Shown here piece after piece: positions 1-7,888 of a stretch of 64,000 nt of DNA. The DNA is taken from the NCBI GenBank assembly GCA_028873795.1, contig JAPPNP010000014.1, positions 7,669 through 71,668 on the forward strand. The letters are read 5' to 3'. Numbering within the stretch: position 1 is the first letter of the stretch; each line of letters begins with the position of its first letter. A program made the translations under genes and the position numbers. Source of the stretch: Chloroflexota bacterium. GTDB taxonomy: Bacteria; Chloroflexota; UBA11872. Under the pieces are notes generated by a model. That model had not been told where the DNA came from. It did no database searches and worked only from the letters and a program-made list of their open reading frames with translations.

Positions 1-1
1 C

Positions 2-556
2 GACGAGGCCATGCGCGAGGTGCAGCGCCGCCATGAGGCGGACCCGGAGCGCTACTACTTCGCCGACCAGTACAGCAACCACTCGAACTGGCAGGCGCAC
101 TACGACGGAACCGCGAGCGAGATTCTGGCCCAGGCGCCGCCCGACATCACCCATTTCGTCGCCGGCGTCGGAACCGGCGGCACGATCACGGGCGTGGCGC
201 GGCGACTCGACGAGGTGTGCCCCGACGTCCAGATCGTGTGCGCCACGCCGCCGGAGTTTCCCGGCATCGAGGGGTTGAAGCCCATGGGCCCCGACCACCT
301 GGTGCCGGCGATCCTCGACGCCTCGCTCATCGACACCTGGGTCGACATCGACGTGGACAAGGCGCGTGAGTTTTCGGTGCGGTTGGCGGCGGAGGGCCTC
401 TTCGTCGGCCAGTCCGCCGGCGCCTATATGTACGCCGTAGAAACCGTGCTCCGGGACGATCCCCAAGCCGTCGTCGTGACGCTGTTTCCCGATGCCGGCG
501 ACCGCTATTTCAGCACCGGTCTGTGGGACGTCACGCCTACGCTCGCGAGCTCGTGA
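2..556 (+). CDS. cysteine synthase / O-acetylserine sulfhydrylase family PLP enzyme, C-terminal part (5' end lies outside the window)
   Basis: The frame of ORF 11..556 stays open to the window edge. QYSN..N, HY..T..EI and the FVAGVGTGGTITGV glycine loop are fold-type-II PLP (CysK/CysM/CBS) signatures. Confidence 0.75.
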   Translation, partial: DEAMREVQRRHEADPERYYFADQYSNHSNWQAHYDGTASEILAQAPPDITHFVAGVGTGGTITGVARRLDEVCPDVQIVCATPPEFPGIEGLKPMGPDHLVPAILDASLIDTWVDIDVDKAREFSVRLAAEGLFVGQSAGAYMYAVETVLRDDPQAVVVTLFPDAGDRYFSTGLWDVTPTLASS

Positions 557-635
557 CTTCCAGCCTCGACACCGCTACGTCGCCGCCCTGGATGAGACTG
601 GCCGCGCTTGGGACCCGTCCCAACGAAGCGCCGGC

Positions 636-1481
636 ATGAACCCCCTGCGCCTCGGATTCAATCCGCGCATCGCGCCCCAGAGTCGCCGCCGCTTCCACGA
701 GCGCCTGCGCCACGTGGTTGAGGTGGCGGTGCATCTGGAGTTCGACGTGGTCGAGCTCGGACTTTCGACGTCCATGCACGAGTTGGGCTTGAGCACCGTG
801 TTCGACCCGCAGGCCATCGAGATCCTCGATGACGCCCCGCTGCGGTTCCATCTCAATCTCTTCGCCGACGCGGCGATGACCGACCGTTCGGCGATCACCG
901 ACGTCACCAGCTACTCGCGCAGCGTAGCCCTGCGGCAAATCGTCCAGATCGTGGAGTTCTTCGAGCACCGGCATGCCATGGAGATGTACGTGGTGCACCC
1001 CGGTCGCCGGGTGGCCCACGAGTCGGCGCATCTGGAGGCGCTGCGTGAGAGCATGCGCACCCTGCACAACCTCTTCCCGGGTCTGCCGATCGCCATCGCG
1101 AACGCCGGCGGCGGGGCGGTGCTCGCTCGGATCGATAGCGTGCTCCACGCGCTCGACAGCGCCCGGCACTTTCGCTTCGCCCTCCACACCGGCTTTGCGT
1201 TCCACTCGGTGGACGCGAATCATCTGGCGTTCGAGGCGCGGATGGACTATCTGCGGCGATTCGTGGATCAGATCGCGGAGATCCGTTGGCACAACACGGC
1301 GCCCGGCGCGCGTCCCAGCGTGCCCTTGCACCGCACGCTCGAGGACGGGCTCGATCTCGGCATGCTCATGCGCACCGTGGGGCGCAATCCCGGCACTCTG
1401 CATATGATCGAGACCGTCGGCCTGGACCCGCCGGCCCTGGTGCGCGAAGTGCGGACGCTGCACCGCGCCCTCAACGCCTAG
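636..1481 (+). CDS. hypothetical protein, possibly a divergent xylose-isomerase-like TIM barrel
   Basis: ORF 492..1481, trimmed to ATG 636 after the upstream gene's stop. Motif spacing resembles sugar-phosphate isomerase/epimerase barrels (FDVVELG, YVVHPG, IAIANAG, ALHTGFA, IRWHN, MIETV), but several expected metal ligands differ. The opposite-strand ORF 537..1463 is Arg/His/Gly-rich and looks spurious. Confidence 0.4.
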   Translation: MNPLRLGFNPRIAPQSRRRFHERLRHVVEVAVHLEFDVVELGLSTSMHELGLSTVFDPQAIEILDDAPLRFHLNLFADAAMTDRSAITDVTSYSRSVALRQIVQIVEFFEHRHAMEMYVVHPGRRVAHESAHLEALRESMRTLHNLFPGLPIAIANAGGGAVLARIDSVLHALDSARHFRFALHTGFAFHSVDANHLAFEARMDYLRRFVDQIAEIRWHNTAPGARPSVPLHRTLEDGLDLGMLMRTVGRNPGTLHMIETVGLDPPALVREVRTLHRALNA

Positions 1482-1484
1482 GCG

Positions 1485-2576
1485 CTACTCCCAGCGAAAC
1501 AGGCGCACCGCCAGCGCCACGAAAACGACCAGATAGGCCGCCATTGCGGCCACGGCCACGCCCATTGGAATCGTGGTCGCGCCGCCGATCATCAACTGCC
1601 GCGTGGCCTCGGCCAGATGCGTCAGCGGAAGCACGTTGATCACCGGCCGCAGCCAGTCCGGCATGAACTCAAGCGGGAAGAACACGCCCGAGATGAACAT
1701 CATGGGAAAGGTCACAACCTGCGCCACGGGAAAGAACCCCTGCTCGGTCTTGGTGAACGACCCGAGAAAGAAGCCGATGGCGAGGAAGGCCAATCCTCCC
1801 AGCACCACCACACCGGCCAGCGCGGCCAACGAGCCGACATCGCTGTTGAGCCGAATGTCGAACACCAAGCGCGCGATGGCGATGAGGATGGCGGACTGCG
1901 CCAGCACCAGAACCATGCGCAGGATCAGATCGGCGGTCACCAGCGTGAGCCGGGACACCGGCGTCGCTTGCAGGCGGCGCAGCACCCGACGTTCGCGCAA
2001 CGACACGATGTTCACCGCGCCAAACACGCCAGCGTTCATCACGCTGAAAGCCACGATGCCGGGCACGATGAAGTCGATGGTCGACAGCCGCTCGCTCCGT
2101 AGAGTCTGAAACGCGGGCCGCACGACCGGCTGACTTTGCGTAAGCGTCCGATCCACCGCCTCGAAGGCTTGCAGGATCACCGGCACGACGATCTGCTGCG
2201 AACTCTGCCGCGTCTCGTCGTAGTGAATCTCCACCGGCATCGGGGCGCCGGCGTCAATCGACGCCCCCCATCCGCTGGGGATGGCGATCACCGCCCGACG
2301 ATCGCCGTCCGCCAGGCTCGCGATTTCGTCGGTCAGACTGCCTCGCGAGAGGTCAAACACATCCATGGCTTCGAGCGTGTCGACCAGCACGCTGGCCTGC
2401 GGCGAACCATCATCATCGATGAGGCCGATTTCATATTGCGTGACGCTGTCGCGACTGAAGACCAGTCCGAAAATCAGGACAAAGAGCAGCGGAAACGCAA
2501 ACGTCCAAAATAACGCGGCGCGGTCCCGCGTGAACTCGCGCGTGTTGGCCAGGGTGAGTTGAGCCAGCGCTCTCAA
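1485..2576 (-). CDS. ABC-2 type transporter permease
   Basis: 363 aa with an N-terminal TM helix, a large extracytoplasmic loop and about five C-terminal TM helices. It overlaps the upstream ATPase gene by 4 nt. Confidence 0.8.
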   Translation of the reverse strand: MRALAQLTLANTREFTRDRAALFWTFAFPLLFVLIFGLVFSRDSVTQYEIGLIDDDGSPQASVLVDTLEAMDVFDLSRGSLTDEIASLADGDRRAVIAIPSGWGASIDAGAPMPVEIHYDETRQSSQQIVVPVILQAFEAVDRTLTQSQPVVRPAFQTLRSERLSTIDFIVPGIVAFSVMNAGVFGAVNIVSLRERRVLRRLQATPVSRLTLVTADLILRMVLVLAQSAILIAIARLVFDIRLNSDVGSLAALAGVVVLGGLAFLAIGFFLGSFTKTEQGFFPVAQVVTFPMMFISGVFFPLEFMPDWLRPVINVLPLTHLAEATRQLMIGGATTIPMGVAVAAMAAYLVVFVALAVRLFRWE

Positions 2577-3520
2577 TCTCGCAACGTCCGTCCCGTGAGC
2601 TTGAGAAACACGTCTTCGAGCGTGGCCCGCCGCAGGCGCAAGTTCTGAATGGGCTCGCCACGCTCCTGTCCAAGTTGCAGCAGCGCCGCCATCGACGCCG
2701 GCACGTCGTCGCTGAACATGCTCACCTGGTCACCTTGAATCGACGCGTTCACCACCGCGGGCAGAGACTCGACTTCGGACTCCGTCAAGCCGTCCCGCTG
2801 GCTGAATTCGATGGCGTCCTCGGCAAAGTGCGCCCGCACCAGATCGTCGGGCGTGTCCATGGCAATGATCCGGCCGTGGTCCATCACTGCCACGCGGTCG
2901 CACAGTCGCTCGGCCTCTTCCATGTAGTGCGTCGTCAGGAGAACCGTCCGACCTTCGGCCTTGAACTGCTCGATCGTTTCCCACAGGCTGCGACGGGCCT
3001 GGGGGTCCATGCCGGTGGTGGGCTCGTCGAGGAAGATGATGGGCGGATCGTTGACCATCGCCAGCGCCACGGATAGCCGCTGCTGCTGCCCGCCGGAAAG
3101 ATCCTTGACGAACGCGCGGCGGCGTTCCTCCAGTCCGAGGAGCGCCAAGAGGTGGTCGACCACGCCCGCGCGACCGTAGAACGAGGCGAAGAGCTCGATC
3201 ACCTCAGCCACGCGCAGGCGCGGATACAGCGAGACTTGCTGCAACTGGACGCCGATCTTGCGCTTCAGGTCGCCGGCGTCTCGGCCCGGGTCGAGCCCCA
3301 AAACGCCCACGGATCCAGCGTCACGCGGGCGCAGACCTTCCAGAATCTCTACCGTCGTAGTTTTGCCCGCGCCGTTGGGCCCGAGCATGCCGAAAACCTC
3401 GCCCACCGCAACCGAGAACGAGACACCGTCGACAGCCTTGACGTCGTCGTAGGACTTGCGGAGATCCTGGACTTCGATGACCGGCATTCCGGGAGTCAAC
3501 GATAGGGTTGCGTCGCTCAC
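2573..3520 (-). CDS. ABC transporter ATP-binding protein (DrrA/NatA-like exporter ATPase)
   Basis: Walker A GPNGAGKTT, ABC signature LSGGQQQRL, Walker B IIFLDEPTTGMD and H-loop TTHYMEEA. Confidence 0.9.
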   Translation of the reverse strand: MSDATLSLTPGMPVIEVQDLRKSYDDVKAVDGVSFSVAVGEVFGMLGPNGAGKTTTVEILEGLRPRDAGSVGVLGLDPGRDAGDLKRKIGVQLQQVSLYPRLRVAEVIELFASFYGRAGVVDHLLALLGLEERRRAFVKDLSGGQQQRLSVALAMVNDPPIIFLDEPTTGMDPQARRSLWETIEQFKAEGRTVLLTTHYMEEAERLCDRVAVMDHGRIIAMDTPDDLVRAHFAEDAIEFSQRDGLTESEVESLPAVVNASIQGDQVSMFSDDVPASMAALLQLGQERGEPIQNLRLRRATLEDVFLKLTGRTLRD

Positions 3521-3556
3521 GGCGGAGTAACCAATCTCACAGAGCGCGGCGGCGGG

Positions 3557-5563
3557 CTAGGCGGAGCGTCGCAGAATCATGGCCCCTTGCGGATCCACCG
3601 CGGCTCGCCACCCCGGCGCCACCCAGGTGGTGGCGTCGGACTGCGTCACGACCGCCGGACCGTCGAGCTCGAATCCCAGGTCAAGCTCGTGGCGTGACAG
3701 CAGCGGCACGTCGCGCACGGAGCCATCGGCCAGGGTGGCTTGCGTCGTGCCCGCCTGCGGAGCACCGCCTCCGGACGGCGCCGAGGGCGCGATTGACGGC
3801 TGCGGCACGGATGCAACCAGCCGCGCCACGACAATCTCCACCGGGGCCTCGGGCCGGCTGTGGGCATAGCGCTGCTGGTGCCGCTCGTGGAAGAGGCGCA
3901 CGGCCTCGGGCACGCCGCCGTCCCCCAGCGGCACGCTCAGCTCGAAGGACTGCCCCACGTAGCGCACGTCGAGCAATCGCTGGAGCCGTGGATCGCGCGC
4001 CGGCGCGAGGTCGACGCGCGCCGTGTGCTCGAGCGGGCCGAAGAGCTCCCGCAGCCGATCCGGCGTGAGCGTTTGGGCATCGTCGAGCACGGTGGCGGTG
4101 TACTCGCGCGTGTGAGCGCCGGTCAGCGCGCCAAGCGCGGAGAGCACGCCGGGATGCGGCGGCACGAGCACTTGCTCGATTTCGAGACGCTCGGCCAGCT
4201 CGCAACAGTGCATCGGACCTGCGCCGCCAAAAGGCAGCAGGGTGAAGTCGCGCGGGTCGAAGCCGCGTTCCAGCGTGATCACGCGCAAGGCGCGGTCCAT
4301 GTGCGCATTGGCTACCGCGATCACGGCCAGCGCCGCGCGGCGCAGTGCATGGTCGGAGCGATCGTCGTCGGCAACGAGCCGCCCAACCGCGCGGCGGGCT
4401 TCCGGCGCGTCCAGATGGACGCGATCGCCGAGGGCCGCGTCCGGGGCAAGCCGTCCCAGGACCAGGTTCGCGTCGGTCACGGTGGGCTCCGTCCCGCCCC
4501 GCCCGTAGGCCGCTGGGCCCGGAAGGGCGCCCGCGCTTCGCGGACCGACCCGCAGCGCCCCGGCCTCGTCGAGCTGGGCAATCGAGCCGCCGCCGGCGCC
4601 AACCGTGTGGATGTCGGTCATGGGAATGGCCACCGGCAGGCCGGCGACTTCGGCGTGGGTCGTGCGCAGCGGCTCGCCGGGGCAAACGGCCACGTCGGTC
4701 GACGTGCCGCCCATATCCAACGTGACGATGTTGGCGATGCCCGAGGCTCGCGCGACGTGCTGGGCCCCAACCACGCCCGCCGCCGGACCGCTGAGCACGG
4801 TGCGAACCGGCGCCTCCGCGGCCTCGGCCGAGCGCAGCACGCCGCCGTTGGATTGCACCACCCACAGCGGCCCTGGCATGGCCGGCTCCAGGCGACGCAG
4901 ATATCGAGCGACGACCGGCGCGACATAGGCGTCGACAGCCGTGGTGCTGGTGCGTTCGAACTCGCGGTATTCCGGCAGGATGTCGGATGAAAGCGAGACC
5001 GCCACCACGCCCGCTCGGCCCAGCGCCTCGCGCACGGCCCGCTCGTGGTCCGGCTGCAGGAAGCTGAACAGCAGGCACACGGCGGCTGACTCCGGCCTCA
5101 GCCGCCGCACGCGGGCCTCGAGACGGTCGAGGGACGCCTGATCGATGGGGGTGACGACGCTGCCGTCGGCGCCAATTCGCTCGGAAACCTCGAGACGCCG
5201 CTCGCGCGGAATCAGCGGCGCGGGTCGCTCGGGCTCCAGCTCATAGAGCGCCGGGCGATTTTGGCGACCGATCTCGAGCACGTCGCGAAATCCTTCCGTC
5301 GTCACCAACACGGAGCGGGCGCCGCGGCGTTCGAGCAATGCGTTGGTGGCCACGGTCGACCCGTGCACGATGGCGTCCGCCGATGCGACTTCGCCTGCGC
5401 GGAGGCCGTCCACCACCGCCTGCTCGGGCGCACCGGGCGTGCTGGGCACCTTGAAGACGCGCAACTCTCCGTCGGCGATGACGACGAAATCGGTAAACGT
5501 GCCGCCCACGTCTACGCCAACGCGCACGCGTATCCTCCTCAAGCTCGAGGCGCTCTCGGCCAT
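3557..5563 (-). CDS. hydantoinase/oxoprolinase family protein, A-type (HyuA-like) subunit
   Basis: 668 aa. The N-terminal ASKHA phosphate-1 motif VGVDVGGTFTDFV, TLDMGGTSTD and the length are typical of HyuA/OplA. Confidence 0.8.
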   Translation of the reverse strand: MAESASSLRRIRVRVGVDVGGTFTDFVVIADGELRVFKVPSTPGAPEQAVVDGLRAGEVASADAIVHGSTVATNALLERRGARSVLVTTEGFRDVLEIGRQNRPALYELEPERPAPLIPRERRLEVSERIGADGSVVTPIDQASLDRLEARVRRLRPESAAVCLLFSFLQPDHERAVREALGRAGVVAVSLSSDILPEYREFERTSTTAVDAYVAPVVARYLRRLEPAMPGPLWVVQSNGGVLRSAEAAEAPVRTVLSGPAAGVVGAQHVARASGIANIVTLDMGGTSTDVAVCPGEPLRTTHAEVAGLPVAIPMTDIHTVGAGGGSIAQLDEAGALRVGPRSAGALPGPAAYGRGGTEPTVTDANLVLGRLAPDAALGDRVHLDAPEARRAVGRLVADDDRSDHALRRAALAVIAVANAHMDRALRVITLERGFDPRDFTLLPFGGAGPMHCCELAERLEIEQVLVPPHPGVLSALGALTGAHTREYTATVLDDAQTLTPDRLRELFGPLEHTARVDLAPARDPRLQRLLDVRYVGQSFELSVPLGDGGVPEAVRLFHERHQQRYAHSRPEAPVEIVVARLVASVPQPSIAPSAPSGGGAPQAGTTQATLADGSVRDVPLLSRHELDLGFELDGPAVVTQSDATTWVAPGWRAAVDPQGAMILRRSA

Positions 5564-5673
5564 CCGGCTAGATGGTCAGGCCGCCGCCCGGTGCGCATTG
5601 TGACCCATGCCGAGGCGTGCCGGAGCCTAGACATCCAGACGGGTCCGGGTCGTCGGTCGAAAGCCGGATCCGA

Positions 5674-7794
5674 TCACACCTCTGGGCAGTGAACAGCGGC
5701 GACCTCCCACGGCTCGATCAAGAGGCGGAAGGCGTTGTCCTCGACCTCAAGTTCGGTTTGGGCTAGGAGATCCCGCGCGGACGCAATCGGCCAGCACGGG
5801 CGCAGTTGCACCTCCGCCTTGGACCGCTCCAGGTTGAAGACGAACACCAGCCAGCCACCCTGCCGCGAACGTCGGACCACGGGCACCACCTGGTCGCCTT
5901 CGATTGCCACGGGGGCCTCGATACCGGCCTCACCCAGCAGGCCCTGCACAACTTCCGGCTGCCCGACATCGCCGAAGCCCGCCGAGAGGGTCAATCCGTA
6001 CCACGTGAAGCGGCCGTCGGCCGTCTGCACCGCGACGCTGGCTCCATCGAGGGTGGCGATGGTGCGGGTATCCCCCACCGGCTCCAACACGGCATAGCCG
6101 CAGGGGCTGGTGACCTCATGCGCCTCCTGAGGGCTGCTCAGCAGGTTGCGCTTCTCCTCGATGTCGTATTCGGTCACTGCCGAAAAGTCCGCCACCCGCA
6201 CCCCCAGCCGTTCGGCCAGGCCCTCTGGCGGACTGTAGCTGGACTGTCCATCGCCCTGGTAGATCCCGAAGCTGCCCTCCGCCACCAGCCGGGTGTCCGG
6301 GCAGTGCTCCAGCGTGCGCTCGATGCGCTCGCGCACCTCGTCCGTCATCAGCGTCACGTTGGGCAGGAACAGCAGCCGAAAGCCCGACCAGTCCATGCTC
6401 GGGGTGACCACGTCGGCCGGGACGCCGTGCGTCCATAGCGTGCGGTACACGCCCCGCACGTCGGCCAGGTAGCGCTCGTCCTCGTTGTTGTAGCCGAACA
6501 GCTCCTGCGATTCGGGGTGATAGACGATCCCCACCGCGGCGCGCGGACACTCCAATGGCAGGTGTTCACTCAAGCCATCGATCTGCTCGATGGCGCGCCT
6601 GACCGCCTCGAATCGCGGCGTGGGCTCCCCGTCCAGCGCCACCAGGTTGTAGCCCGGCGACTCGAAGCTCAGGTATTCCGGCCGGTGCTGCCAGAACATG
6701 GCCCCCGAGGCGCCGTGCGCCAGGGTCATCCAGAGCAATGTGGTCAGCTCGCGCGGGTCGGATTGCTTCTTCCACGTCACACCGCCTCGCGACATGCCCG
6801 AGTAGATCTCCTCGTTCCACCAGCGCCCCTGCTTCCCCGCGCTGCGCGACCAGTCGAACCCGAACGCGCGATCCGCGAGCTGGTACGGATCTCTGGAGGT
6901 CAGCAGGTTGTTCGAGGGCATGGACATGCCCCAGCTGTCCGCAATGGCCGCGCAACTCTCGTCCCACGGCCGCGGAAACCAAGCGCCGTGGGAGCGGGTT
7001 TCGTGGACCGGATCAAGCCGCTTGGTTTCGTCAATCATCCATTGCAGGTGACCGGCCAGGTTCTCGTAGTGGAATCGCCGATACAGCAGCATCTCCACCA
7101 CGTTGTCATTCGACCGCGGCGGCTCCACGTCTTCCCAGCGGCGGTAGCGGCGCAACAGGCGCTCGTTCAGCTCATCCAACGTGAAGCGCTCCCGCAGCCA
7201 GGCCTCGTACCGCGCCAGCGTGTGCGGGCAGTAGCAGGGATATCCGTCGCTGTCGCGGCAAAATGCCGACGTGAGGTTGATCCCGTCCCAGATCCCCCAG
7301 ATCAGCAGGCTCGGCCGCTCCCGGTAGCGCGTCACCACATGTCGCAGCAGCGCGCTTGCGTATTCACGCCAGGCCGGGTGGTCGTAGCAGTGCATCTGGG
7401 AGCCTTGCGGCGTGGCCGCGCCCGCGGTCGGCGATACCCGTTCCCCGCGGTAGGTGACCACCCGCATGTCGGGATGTTCGCGTGTCAGCCACTCGGGGCA
7501 GGCGCCGTGCGTAGCCAGAATGATGTCGAGCCAAATCTGGATATCGTGTTCGGCCGCCAGATCGAACAGCCGGTCAATGTCCTCCAGCTCATACTGGCCC
7601 GGTCGCGGCTCCATGTGGTTCCAATAGGTGAAGCTGCGGACGATGCGGAAGCCCGCGGCGTTCAAACGCGCGAAGTCGTCGTCCCAGAGATCGAGCTTGG
7701 GCATCGGGGCGCGGTAGTACCCCACCCCAACCGGAAACGGGACGCCGGGAATGCCGAAGAGCTCCTGGTCAGACATCTGGCTCGGTCCCTTCAT
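5674..7794 (-). CDS. GH42-like glycoside hydrolase (beta-galactosidase family), copy 1
   Basis: 706 aa. The N-terminal barrel reads YYRAP..W..DF..L..AGF..VR...W..MEP..G.Y, then PCYCPH, WLRERFTLDELNER and WWNEE, matching the GH42 motif order as I remember it. An alternative start is ATG 7776. Confidence 0.65.
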   Translation of the reverse strand: MKGPSQMSDQELFGIPGVPFPVGVGYYRAPMPKLDLWDDDFARLNAAGFRIVRSFTYWNHMEPRPGQYELEDIDRLFDLAAEHDIQIWLDIILATHGACPEWLTREHPDMRVVTYRGERVSPTAGAATPQGSQMHCYDHPAWREYASALLRHVVTRYRERPSLLIWGIWDGINLTSAFCRDSDGYPCYCPHTLARYEAWLRERFTLDELNERLLRRYRRWEDVEPPRSNDNVVEMLLYRRFHYENLAGHLQWMIDETKRLDPVHETRSHGAWFPRPWDESCAAIADSWGMSMPSNNLLTSRDPYQLADRAFGFDWSRSAGKQGRWWNEEIYSGMSRGGVTWKKQSDPRELTTLLWMTLAHGASGAMFWQHRPEYLSFESPGYNLVALDGEPTPRFEAVRRAIEQIDGLSEHLPLECPRAAVGIVYHPESQELFGYNNEDERYLADVRGVYRTLWTHGVPADVVTPSMDWSGFRLLFLPNVTLMTDEVRERIERTLEHCPDTRLVAEGSFGIYQGDGQSSYSPPEGLAERLGVRVADFSAVTEYDIEEKRNLLSSPQEAHEVTSPCGYAVLEPVGDTRTIATLDGASVAVQTADGRFTWYGLTLSAGFGDVGQPEVVQGLLGEAGIEAPVAIEGDQVVPVVRRSRQGGWLVFVFNLERSKAEVQLRPCWPIASARDLLAQTELEVEDNAFRLLIEPWEVAAVHCPEV

Positions 7795-7888
7795 CCGCGT
7801 GCCGGCCTCTGCTCATGGCCAACGGAGTGCCGCCCGCCATTTCTCTCCGATCCAACATGACAAGCCGAATAATGTTTCATCGCGCCGC

